From NCBI GenBank assembly GCA_965203805.1, contig OZ241917.1, forward strand, positions 3,008,001-3,072,000: a DNA stretch of 64,000 nt, in the 5' to 3' direction. The DNA comes from Candidatus Latescibacterota bacterium (GTDB taxonomy: Bacteria > Latescibacterota > UBA2968 > GCA-2709665). The position numbers and the translations under genes are program-made. The notes beneath the pieces were generated by a model. The model ran no database searches, was not told the DNA's origin, and worked only from the letters and a program-made list of their open reading frames with translations. Every line of letters begins with the position of its first letter. The first letter of the stretch is position 1. This document shows, piece after piece, positions 9,454-18,145 of this stretch.

Positions 9454-10782
9454 TCATCCCAAGAAAGGCACGCCCGTCCCGCGGCCGGTCTTCTCCATCC
9501 GCGACATCCGTTTCATCATCCTGCGCATCATCCCGAACTGCTTGATCAGCCTGTTGACTTCCTGGATGCTGCACCCGCTCCCCTTCGCAATGCGCCGGCG
9601 CCTGCTGCCGTTCAGAATCCGGGGGCTTTCCCTTTCCCGCTTCGTCATAGACAGGATGATCGCTTCCGTATGCACGAACGCGTCTTCATCGACCTGCATG
9701 CCCTTCATTGCCTTTCCCGCACCGGGAATAAGGTCCATCAGCTGGTTCAACGGCCCCATCTTGCGAACCTGGTCCAACTGCTGCAAAAAGTCATCGAATG
9801 TGAATGCGGCGTTCCGAAGCTTTTTCTCCAGCTTCTCCGCCTGTTTCACATCCACAGCGTCCTGAGCACGCTCCACCAGCGTCACCACGTCCCCCATGCC
9901 CAGAATCCGGGACGCCACCCGATCCGGATGGAACGGCTCGATTCCGTCCACCTTTTCGCTGACGCCCGCGTACTTGATGGGCACGCCGGTGACTTCGCGG
10001 ATGGATAGCGCGGCGCCGCCCCGCGTATCGCTGTCGAGACGAGTGAGTACCACGCCCGTGAAGGTGAGCTGCTCGTAAAACGCCGTTGCCGCAGAGACCG
10101 CGTCCTGCCCCGTCATGCCGTCCGCTACAAACAGAATCTCATCCGGCGAAACCCTGTCGCGTATTCGCTTCAACTCCCCCATCCGTTCGTCGTCCACGTG
10201 CAGACGGCCGGCCGTATCCAGAATCACCGTGTCCATCCCGTCCGCCCGCGCCGCGTCCACGGCATCGGCGCAGATTGCCACGGGATCGGCCTTCTCCGCC
10301 GTCCGGTGGACGGGAACGTCTATCGACGCGCCGAGTACGCACAACTGGTCGATCGCCGCGGGCCGGTATACGTCTGCGGCCACGAGAAGCGGCCGACTTC
10401 CCTTCGCTTTCAGGATCCGGGCCAGCTTGGCGCACAGCGTCGTCTTGCCCGACCCCTGGAGACCGACAACCATGACCACGTTGGGCGCCGGTCCGGACAG
10501 ATTCAACTCCTGATGCTCGTCTCCCAGGAGGTGAATCAGTTCGTCGTGCACGACCTTGACGACCTGCTGGCCTGGCGTGATGCTCCGCAACACCTCCCGT
10601 CCCATCGCCCGCTCCCTGACTCGGGCGATAAACGTCCTCGCGACCTTATAGTTGACGTCCGCCTCCAGAAGGGCGCGACGCACGTCTCTCAGCGCTTCGT
10701 CGATATTGGACTCGGCCAGCCTGCCGCGGCCGCGAAGCTTCCTGAAAACCCCTTCAAGCTTTTGAGTGAGATGATCGAACAT
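9454..10782 (-). CDS. ffh: Signal recognition particle protein Ffh
   Basis: [35 protein letters not shown] and M-domain [11 protein letters not shown]. Confidence 0.98.
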   Translation of the reverse strand: MFDHLTQKLEGVFRKLRGRGRLAESNIDEALRDVRRALLEADVNYKVARTFIARVRERAMGREVLRSITPGQQVVKVVHDELIHLLGDEHQELNLSGPAPNVVMVVGLQGSGKTTLCAKLARILKAKGSRPLLVAADVYRPAAIDQLCVLGASIDVPVHRTAEKADPVAICADAVDAARADGMDTVILDTAGRLHVDDERMGELKRIRDRVSPDEILFVADGMTGQDAVSAATAFYEQLTFTGVVLTRLDSDTRGGAALSIREVTGVPIKYAGVSEKVDGIEPFHPDRVASRILGMGDVVTLVERAQDAVDVKQAEKLEKKLRNAAFTFDDFLQQLDQVRKMGPLNQLMDLIPGAGKAMKGMQVDEDAFVHTEAIILSMTKRERESPRILNGSRRRRIAKGSGCSIQEVNRLIKQFGMMRRMMKRMSRMEKTGRGTGVPFLG

Positions 10783-10863
10783 GGGGCGGACCTGACGTTC
10801 ATTTTCAAAAGGGAAACAGAACTCTAAAAATACGGGACGACAGGTTTTTACGCAACAAAAAAC

Positions 10864-11017
10864 TCCGGAATCGGACCATGCGGAAGGCGGGTGCAGATGT
10901 CGAATCAACGCGCGGTATCCATCCGTGGCACGCCCTGGAGTCGCGTACGAACAAGGCGCGCGACGTTACGGTCCGACCGAGCTTCCCGACCCCCTGGGTA
11001 TCCGCCGGGATTCCGGA
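10864..11017. ncRNA. Candidate structured RNA (long rod-like hairpin, 6S-like), unverified
   Basis: Terminal inverted repeat TCCGGAATC/GATTCCGGA with nested pairings GCGGA/TCCGC, CGGG/CCCG, GTCG/CGAC and AACGCGCG/CGCGACGTT; T-run after the stem on the minus strand. Confidence 0.4.
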
Positions 11018-11038
11018 CCGCTGGAGCCCATTGTCGTT

Positions 11039-11704
11039 CTATTTCAATCCCGCCAGTGCCGCGCGCCTGAGCGCAGCGACATTTGCGACCACCTCGCCAT
11101 TCCGGAAGGCGGCCGATCCGGCCACGAGCACTTCCGCCCCTGCAGCAACGGCCTGACCCGCGTTTTCAACAACGATTCCGCCGTCGATTTCAATCTCCAC
11201 CTGCACGCCCTGACGCATAACCTCCGCCCTCAGTCTCCGGACCTTTTCCAGTGACTCCGGCATGAACGCCTGACCGCCGAATCCGGGTTCCACCGACATG
11301 ACCAGCGCAAGGTTCAGCGACGGAAGCAGGGGATATAACGCCTCCACCGGTGTTGCCGGCTTCACCGTGGCGCCGGCACGCATGCCCCGCTCACGGATTT
11401 CGCCCAGCAGGGTCTGCAGATCCGCGTTGACCTCGACGTGTACGGTACAGATATCGGCGCCGCTATCCGCGAAATCCCTCAGGTACCGGCCCGGTTGGGC
11501 AATCATGAGATGCACGTCCAACGTCAACGTCGTCACCTTTCGTATGGCTTCCACAACCATTGGACCGAACGTGATATTCGGTACGAAATGGCCGTCCATC
11601 ACATCCAGATGGATATACTCCGCACCGGCTGCTTCCACCGCCCGAATCTCGCGTTCCAGCGCCACAAAATCCGCTGCCAGGAATGACGGAGCGATTTTGA
11701 CCAT
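11039..11704 (-). CDS. rpe: Ribulose-phosphate 3-epimerase
   Basis: IAPSFLAADF, HLDVMDGHFVPNITFG, DVHLM, MSVEPGFGGQ and IDGG. Confidence 0.97.
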   Translation of the reverse strand: MVKIAPSFLAADFVALEREIRAVEAAGAEYIHLDVMDGHFVPNITFGPMVVEAIRKVTTLTLDVHLMIAQPGRYLRDFADSGADICTVHVEVNADLQTLLGEIRERGMRAGATVKPATPVEALYPLLPSLNLALVMSVEPGFGGQAFMPESLEKVRRLRAEVMRQGVQVEIEIDGGIVVENAGQAVAAGAEVLVAGSAAFRNGEVVANVAALRRAALAGLK

Positions 11705-11788
11705 AAAAACAACCTCCACTTTTCAGAATCCTGGGGCCATCAAGGCGGGGCCTGAAAGTGGGAACCAATGCGGGACAACGACCGACCG

Positions 11789-12523
11789 TTACAATTTACT
11801 CACCACCAGCCGCACTCGCGTTCCCTGCTTCACCTCTTCTCCGAATTCCGGTATATGCCGGATCACCACGTTCAACAGGTGCTGCGTGCTGAATTCATAG
11901 CGGATATCCCGCACCATCAGCCCGGCCTCCGCCAACTCCGCCCGTGCCGTCTCCAGCGGCTTACCCACCAGATTCGGCATGGGGACCATCTCACCCGGAG
12001 GCCCGTTGCTGATCGTTACCGAGATTGGCGTGGCGCTCCGTACCTGTTGTCCGGCAGGGGGATCCTGGCTGATGATCAATCCCTCCCTGACAACTTCTGA
12101 CGCGTCCTCGAGTGTATCTCCCATGGCAAGGCCCGCCTGCGCAATCCACAACTGCGCCTGGCGCAGAGACTTTTCCGTGAGATCGGGCACTTCGTAGAGC
12201 CGGACCCCGAGACTCGGCACCGCATAAACCGTACGGTCGATCTTCACATGAGAATGCGCACGCGGATTCTGTTGCACCAGCCGGCCTTCGGCAACGGATG
12301 TGTCCCATCGTCCGGGCTGCAGCTTCAACCTGAGCCCCTGTTGAGACAGCGTCCGCCTGGCATCTTCGGGCGTCAGATCGACGATATCGGGGACCTCAAC
12401 ACGCTGGCCGGTCCGAACCAGACGTGGCATAATGAATCGATCGAGCAGCATCAGGCCCACGATACCGGTGAGTACCGCGCATCCCGCGAACAGCCCTGCC
12501 TCCCGCAGAATCCTCTTGACCAT
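11789..12523 (-). CDS. Membrane-anchored triple PASTA-domain protein
   Basis: N-terminal TM, then three PASTA repeats (VEVPDIVDL, VPDLTEKSL, MPNLVGKPL). Confidence 0.88.
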   Translation of the reverse strand: MVKRILREAGLFAGCAVLTGIVGLMLLDRFIMPRLVRTGQRVEVPDIVDLTPEDARRTLSQQGLRLKLQPGRWDTSVAEGRLVQQNPRAHSHVKIDRTVYAVPSLGVRLYEVPDLTEKSLRQAQLWIAQAGLAMGDTLEDASEVVREGLIISQDPPAGQQVRSATPISVTISNGPPGEMVPMPNLVGKPLETARAELAEAGLMVRDIRYEFSTQHLLNVVIRHIPEFGEEVKQGTRVRLVVSKL

Positions 12524-12605
12524 TCTTCTCGCAATCCGTCTATGGCAAAAACGAAAAACCGCGCTTTATGTCGGGATTCCAACCCGCCGGACGACGCACG
12601 GTTCA

Positions 12606-12634
12606 AAAATAGGCCAAGGTCCCCCCGGTGTCAA
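12606..12634 (-). promoter_or_regulatory. Sigma70-like promoter for the PASTA-rpe genes
   Basis: Minus strand TTGACA-17 nt-TATTTT. Confidence 0.5.
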
Positions 12635-12647
12635 GGTCACGCGCCGG

Positions 12648-13574
12648 TCAATGTCCCACCGTAAGAGAAACCCTGTGCGACAGACCCAGTACTGTGTGGT
12701 ACAGGGTCGCATAGTCGATCCGGAAGCCCCTGTGAACCACACCCGCGCCCATAGACAATCGCTCGCCCCCGGCCCCGGCGCCCATCCGCAGCATGACCCT
12801 GCGGTCGGGGCTGTATTCCACCCCCGCGCTCACCCCCGTTTGTCGTCCGGCTTCCTTGCGAACATCCACGAGCAACGCCAGATTCGGCACAACCTGACAC
12901 CCCACGCCCGCCATGCCGCCCTGGCCCAGGACATTTACCGACGCCCCGCCCGCATTCCATGCCGCCAGCCCAAGCGTGACCTTCGGCCTCACGACAATCT
13001 TCGCACCCAGGTCGAATGCCGTCCACCCGCGGTTCCCGCCGCCGTCAACCGACAGTCGCATGCGCCGGATTCTCACCCCGAGACCCAGCCGGGATGCCAG
13101 CCGGAGGCCGAGGGTCAGGCCAACGGTCCGCTCCCTATACAGGCTGAATCCGTACTCCTGATAACCCAGACCGACCGCGGTCCGGCCCGTCGACGCGACC
13201 GTCCCGATCGCCTGGGCATCCAGCACCGCCATGCCGAACGGCCGCTCATAGCCTCCCGTGATACTGACGCCGTGGCCCCAGGCAATCGCGCCCGCATTCC
13301 AGAAGACGCCCTCGACGCCTTCCGCCCAACCGACAAACGTGTCCGCCAACCCGCCGGACCGGGCGCCCACCGCCTGAAACTCGAATGCCGCGACAGCCCG
13401 CATCGGCAGGAGGGCAATACACAAAAGCACGCAGCAGGGCGCGAGGAGCCCGCGCCACGGCGGGCGACGAAACCCTAGATTTGACGGATCGCCGTGTCGC
13501 GCCACATCGCGCGGCCGCCCGTATTCGGGCCCGCCCGAGTTGCTGAGCGCGGCGTTTTCCCGGAATAGTCCCAT
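12648..13574 (-). CDS. Putative outer-membrane beta-barrel, PorV/PorQ/FadL-like (start uncertain)
   Basis: Signal-peptide-like segment, then VGARSGGLADTFVG..VFWNAGAI, amphipathic beta strands and a C-terminal IDYA..H..LG.SHRVSL. Confidence 0.6.
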   Translation of the reverse strand: MGLFRENAALSNSGGPEYGRPRDVARHGDPSNLGFRRPPWRGLLAPCCVLLCIALLPMRAVAAFEFQAVGARSGGLADTFVGWAEGVEGVFWNAGAIAWGHGVSITGGYERPFGMAVLDAQAIGTVASTGRTAVGLGYQEYGFSLYRERTVGLTLGLRLASRLGLGVRIRRMRLSVDGGGNRGWTAFDLGAKIVVRPKVTLGLAAWNAGGASVNVLGQGGMAGVGCQVVPNLALLVDVRKEAGRQTGVSAGVEYSPDRRVMLRMGAGAGGERLSMGAGVVHRGFRIDYATLYHTVLGLSHRVSLTVGH

Positions 13575-13844
13575 TCTGTCCGGGCACGATCCGCAATCCC
13601 TGTGCCTGGCGCCGCCCGTATTGTGAAGTAATCGTCTATCTTATATTTTATCAATATTTTATGAATATACACCTCGTATCATCCGTCGAGCGGCAGATCC
13701 GGGAACCGCCATGCCGAACGTTACAGTCCACCCGGGAATTGTCGTCCGGAAATGGTCAGGAAAATCCGCGGACAATCACCCACGGTCAAAATTGACATAG
13801 ACCGCGTCATCCGGCAGCGTTATATTTAACGCGTGATCATGTCA

Positions 13845-14783
13845 ATGAATAGCGGCTGGACCTATCACAACCGAATTCAACGCGAAGCCGAAGGGGAAAC
13901 CGTTCTTCAATTCTACCTCCGGCGCTACCCTCATTCCTCCGAGGAAGCCTGGCGGCAGCGGATCCTGTGCGGCGACGTACGGTTGGATGACCAGCCGGCC
14001 TCGCTCGATACACCGCTTGCGGCGGGTCAGCGGCTCACCTATCGCAGGAGGCCGTGGCGGGAACCGGACGCCCCCTGTTCGTTCGCGCTGCTCTACGAGG
14101 ATAAACACCTGATTGCCGTCGCCAAACCCTCCGGCCTGCCCGTGTTGGCAGGCGGCCGGCATCTCCGGAACACCCTGCTCGCCCGGGTCCGGGAACGCTA
14201 CCCTGAGACGCCGGGGCCCGCGCCTCTCCATCGCCTTGGTCGGGGGACGTCAGGCGTCGTTCTGTTCGCGCGTTCGGATACGGCGAGACGGCGCCTATCG
14301 GAGGATTTTCGTAACCGTCGGATATGCAAGATCTACCGCACACTCGCTGCCGGCACGGAAATGCCCGACCGGTTTACGGTGGATGTGCCCATTGGGAGGA
14401 TTCCCTATGCCCCAACCGGAACCCTCTTCGCTGCAACCAGCACGGGAAAACCGGCCAGGACGGAATGCCGCGTTCTCAATCGTGATTCCGATGCCAACCG
14501 GAGCCTGGTCCGCGTCAATCTCGTCACCGGCCGCGCCCATCAGATCCGGATCCACCTCGCTGCCGCCGGTCATCCTCTGATTGACGACCCTCTCTATCGC
14601 GCCGGTGGCCTGCCGGTCGTTACGCCCGATGGGAACCGCGCTCCGCTCCCTGGCGACACCGGGTACCACCTTCACGCGCATCAACTCCAATTCATTCATC
14701 CGGCCACGCGCCGGCGCGTTCTTCTCACCTGCCCGCCCCCTCCGAACCTCCGCACGCCTGAAGAGATCGCCGAAGAGACCTGA
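13845..14783 (+). CDS. RluA-family RNA pseudouridine synthase homolog (catalytic Asp replaced by Gly)
   Basis: S4-like N-terminus, YEDKHLIAVAKPSGL, HRLGRGTSG, KIYR, TGRAHQIRIH and LHAH. Confidence 0.88.
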   Translation: MNSGWTYHNRIQREAEGETVLQFYLRRYPHSSEEAWRQRILCGDVRLDDQPASLDTPLAAGQRLTYRRRPWREPDAPCSFALLYEDKHLIAVAKPSGLPVLAGGRHLRNTLLARVRERYPETPGPAPLHRLGRGTSGVVLFARSDTARRRLSEDFRNRRICKIYRTLAAGTEMPDRFTVDVPIGRIPYAPTGTLFAATSTGKPARTECRVLNRDSDANRSLVRVNLVTGRAHQIRIHLAAAGHPLIDDPLYRAGGLPVVTPDGNRAPLPGDTGYHLHAHQLQFIHPATRRRVLLTCPPPPNLRTPEEIAEET

Positions 14784-14811
14784 GCGTTCGTTTCCGGGAT
14801 TCCGCGGGGAA

Positions 14812-15594
14812 CTATTCCCTGATTCTGGTGTTCTCGTCGGTGTGCGCCTGCTCGATGTGTCTGCCGGTGAAGCCCACCGCATATCGCAGGTCTGCGCCGC
14901 GCAGGTCTGCATTCCGGAGGTCGGCCTTGTATAGATCGGTGTTTTGCATCCGGGCCTTGACGAGGTTCGCGCACCGCAGGTCGGCCTGTATCAGGTCGGC
15001 ATTCCGCAGTCTGGCGCTCCGCAGATCGGCGTTCCTGAGGTCCACGCTCTGAAGGTTCGCGCCCTCGAGGTTCGCGCTTCTCAGATTGGCGCCGCGCAGG
15101 TCCGCGTTGAGAAGATTGGCGTCCTGAAGGCGCGCCTTCCGCAGATCGGTTCCGTGAAGTGTGGCGTCGCGAAGGTTGGCGCCCCGCAGTGTGGCGTCCC
15201 GAAGCCGGGCCCCGGAAAGTTCGGCATTCGTCAGGTCGGCGAGTTCCAGGTCCGCGGGCGCAAGACCGGCGTCTCTGAGGTTTGCGCCGCGGAACAGCGC
15301 TCCCTGGAGGCGGGCGCCGGAGAGATCTGCGTCCCGTAGGTCTGCGTCGCGGAAGTTGGCCTCGTAGAGCATGGCGCGCTGGAGGTTGGCGCCGTGCAGG
15401 TCCGCGTTCTGCAACCGCGCGCCGCTAAGGATGGCTTCGCTCAGGTCGGCGCTATCGAGCCTCGCGCCCTGGAGCTCCGCCCGGTTCAGATTCACGCCGG
15501 ACAATCTGGCCCGTTCCCCTGCTGCTCCTTCGGAATCGATCCACTCCCGGTGCCGGTCGATGACATCACGTAGTTCAGCGGGTGACATAGGCAT
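14812..15594 (-). CDS. Pentapeptide repeat protein
   Basis: Dozens of A(D/N)Lxx repeats after an N-terminal HREWIDSEG cap. Confidence 0.93.
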   Translation of the reverse strand: MPMSPAELRDVIDRHREWIDSEGAAGERARLSGVNLNRAELQGARLDSADLSEAILSGARLQNADLHGANLQRAMLYEANFRDADLRDADLSGARLQGALFRGANLRDAGLAPADLELADLTNAELSGARLRDATLRGANLRDATLHGTDLRKARLQDANLLNADLRGANLRSANLEGANLQSVDLRNADLRSARLRNADLIQADLRCANLVKARMQNTDLYKADLRNADLRGADLRYAVGFTGRHIEQAHTDENTRIRE

Positions 15595-15598
15595 TATT

Positions 15599-16168
15599 TC
15601 ATCCCCTGCCGGTCTTGTGGATTTCAGATTCGGTAATGACCAGGTCCATAGAGATGTCGCGAGGGCAGGCCGGCAGACGATCGACGAGCTGGAAGTCGAA
15701 TGCCAGGCCGATTTTGATCGCAGGCGTCAGTGAAAGGAAGCGGTCGTAGTACCCCGCGCCGAAGCCGATGCGGTTTCCTGTGCGGTCGAAGGCCAGACCG
15801 GGAACGACAACAACCTCAAGGGCGCCCGGGGATACCACGGATCCCGTCTCGCCGGACGGTTCCATAAGACCCAGTGTCGAGGGCTCTAATTCCGCGAGGC
15901 CTCGAATCTCCCGGTGGACCAGCACGCGGTTCGGCAACGCAACGGGCACCGCGACCCGCTTGCCGCTTCCAAGGGCGGACTCGATGAGCGAGTGTGTGCG
16001 GACTTCGTTCTTTACCGATACGTAGCTCGCCAGACATACCGCGCGGCGGTAGGCTTCCTGGCCGGCCAGGCGCGCGATTACGTGTTCGCTCCTGGCGCCG
16101 ACTTCTTCCGGCGACAGTACGGACCGCCGTTTCTTCATGGTATCCCGAAATTGCTTTTTGGTCTGCAT
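15599..16168 (-). CDS. 5-formyltetrahydrofolate cyclo-ligase
   Basis: NEVRT, VVVPGLAFDRTGNRIGFGAGYYDRFL and DISMDLVITE. Confidence 0.95.
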   Translation of the reverse strand: MQTKKQFRDTMKKRRSVLSPEEVGARSEHVIARLAGQEAYRRAVCLASYVSVKNEVRTHSLIESALGSGKRVAVPVALPNRVLVHREIRGLAELEPSTLGLMEPSGETGSVVSPGALEVVVVPGLAFDRTGNRIGFGAGYYDRFLSLTPAIKIGLAFDFQLVDRLPACPRDISMDLVITESEIHKTGRG

Positions 16169-16214
16169 GGGTGCCGCTCCGCCGTATGCGATGTACCCAC
16201 CGCAAGGGATCATT

Positions 16215-16243
16215 ACTATACTCCCGGGGTGGCGGGTTGTCAA
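16215..16243 (-). promoter_or_regulatory. Sigma70 promoter for the cyclo-ligase and pentapeptide genes
   Basis: Minus strand TTGACA-17 nt-TATAGT, near consensus. Confidence 0.65.
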
Positions 16244-16310
16244 GGCGCGAGCGCGTTCGCACACGGGTGTTTCCGGTCGCGGCCGGCACGGTCAGGACGG
16301 AAAAGTTCCC

Positions 16311-16339
16311 TTGACTTTGACCGTGTGGAATTTTACATT
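16311..16339 (+). promoter_or_regulatory. Sigma70 promoter for uppS-cdsA-dxr-rseP
   Basis: TTGACT-17 nt-TACATT. Confidence 0.55.
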
Positions 16340-16409
16340 TACAAATGCCGGTTTATTAGGTAATAACGGCAAATCCGGAGACGGAATCTTGGATCGCCAC
16401 GACGTTGAA

Positions 16410-17216
16410 ATGCAGAACACATTGAAGGCAGACAGCAACCTGCCCAGGCATGTCGCCATCATCATGGACGGGAATGGTCGCTGGGCCCAAATGCATGGCC
16501 TCGTCAGGACTCAGGGGCACCGTTCCGCGCGAAAAGTCGTGCGCGACATCGTGCGGGCTTGCGGCGAACTGGGAATCGATATTCTCACTCTTTTTGCGTT
16601 CGGCACTGACAATTGGCGGCGTCCGTGGGCGGAAGTCCTGTCGTTAATGCAATTGTTGCGGGACGTTGCGGTCGAGGAACTGAAGGAACTTCTCGAAAAT
16701 AACGTGCGCCTGATTGCTACCGGAGATACGGACCGCCTGGCCAGGCAGGCGCGGCGAGCGATGAAATACGCCATGTTCAGGACGGCGGAAAACACCGGGC
16801 TGACGTTGAATCTGGCCATGAGTTACGACGGCCGCGGAGATATTCTTCAGGCCGTCAGACGCATCGCCACCGAGGTCGATCAGGGAAGGTTAGGCAGCGA
16901 TGATATCGACGGAAGCCTGTTTTCCCGGATGCTGTACACCGTCGACCTTCCCGACCCCGATCTACTGATCCGCACGAGCGGAGAATTTCGTCTGAGTAAT
17001 TTCATGCTGTGGCAATGCGCGTACACGGAGTTCTGGTTCACGCCGGTCCTGTGGCCCGATTTCAGACGCGAACATCTGTACGAAGCCATTCGGGCGTATC
17101 AGTCCAGGGAACGCCGTTTCGGAAAGACCAGCGCGCAGGTCCGATCTACGACGGTCGGCGCCGGGAACGGGCGGGCGGAACGGATCGGCGCGGCGACGGG
17201 CGCGAAGCCTGCATAA
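16410..17216 (+). CDS. uppS: Undecaprenyl diphosphate synthase (isoprenyl transferase)
   Basis: PRHVAIIMDGNGRWA, PDLLIRTSGEFRLSNFMLWQ, LWPDF and RERRFG. Confidence 0.95.
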   Translation: MQNTLKADSNLPRHVAIIMDGNGRWAQMHGLVRTQGHRSARKVVRDIVRACGELGIDILTLFAFGTDNWRRPWAEVLSLMQLLRDVAVEELKELLENNVRLIATGDTDRLARQARRAMKYAMFRTAENTGLTLNLAMSYDGRGDILQAVRRIATEVDQGRLGSDDIDGSLFSRMLYTVDLPDPDLLIRTSGEFRLSNFMLWQCAYTEFWFTPVLWPDFRREHLYEAIRAYQSRERRFGKTSAQVRSTTVGAGNGRAERIGAATGAKPA

Positions 17217-17252
17217 CGGTTTCACGCCAACGCTTGCTTCGGTCAAGCAGGG

Positions 17253-18083
17253 GTGGTTTTGGCGGTACGGTCGAATTTGCTTCACCGGATCTCAGCAGCG
17301 GCGGTCTTCGGGCCGCTTTTTCTGGTACTGTTCTGGGTTGGCGGCATACCGCTCCTGATCGGCGTGAGCGCGGTGGCCGCGCTTGGGACGTGGGAATATT
17401 GCCAGATGCAGAAAAATCGGGGGCTGCATCCCTGGACGGGCGTCGGGGTTGCGGCCTCTTTGGTTTGGTGCGTGTGGCTGCACTGGTTCGACGTGCGACT
17501 CTGGCCGATTCCGGCCGTCGTGATTCTGATTGTCTTGCTGACCCTGGCGCTCGGGCAAAGGGAGGGGCGATTTCGGCTTGCCGACGCAGAAGCGACCTTT
17601 GTCGGTACTTGCTATATTGGATTGCTTCCCGCATTTGCTCTGCTGGTTCGGAACGACTCCGGCTTCCGGTCGGGCGAAACCGGTGCAGCATGGTTTGCCG
17701 TTCTGGTACTCCTGGGAATCTGGGGTACGGACATTCTTGCCTATTTTACGGGACGTCTCTGGGGCAAGCGACATCCTTTCCCGAAGATCAGCCCGGGCAA
17801 GACAAGCGCGGGTTTCGCGGGTGGAATCGTCGGAGCCGTCGCGGTTATGTCCATCGGCGGCCACGTCTTGACGTTGTACGCGCCACCGGAAGGGATCGTA
17901 CTGGGGATCGTGGTGGGACTCAGTGCGTTCTGGGGAGATCTGGTCGAGTCAATGATCAAGAGGAACGCGGGGGTCAAGGATGCCTCGGCCCTGATTCCCG
18001 GTCACGGCGGCGTGCTGGACAGATTCGACAGTTTTCTGTTCGTCTACCCTGCGGTATATCTTTACCTGCACGTACTGCATTAG
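17253..18083 (+). CDS. cdsA: Phosphatidate cytidylyltransferase
   Basis: DILAYFTG, ISPGKT, GDLVESMIKRNAGVKD and IPGHGGVLDRFDS. Confidence 0.96.
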   Translation: MVLAVRSNLLHRISAAAVFGPLFLVLFWVGGIPLLIGVSAVAALGTWEYCQMQKNRGLHPWTGVGVAASLVWCVWLHWFDVRLWPIPAVVILIVLLTLALGQREGRFRLADAEATFVGTCYIGLLPAFALLVRNDSGFRSGETGAAWFAVLVLLGIWGTDILAYFTGRLWGKRHPFPKISPGKTSAGFAGGIVGAVAVMSIGGHVLTLYAPPEGIVLGIVVGLSAFWGDLVESMIKRNAGVKDASALIPGHGGVLDRFDSFLFVYPAVYLYLHVLH

Positions 18084-18145
18084 TCCTCCGCGCTTACCGG
18101 GAACCTGAGAATACGTTCACCCGTTGACAGGAACGGGACCTGGGT

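Noticed and set aside
14812-15594. 15-nt periodic DNA repeats resembling an array
   Set aside because: Explained by pentapeptide-repeat coding; there are no identical repeats with unique spacers, so it is not CRISPR.
16169-16409. 6S RNA upstream of 5-FTHF cyclo-ligase
   Set aside because: The region is occupied by two divergent promoters, with no long rod structure.
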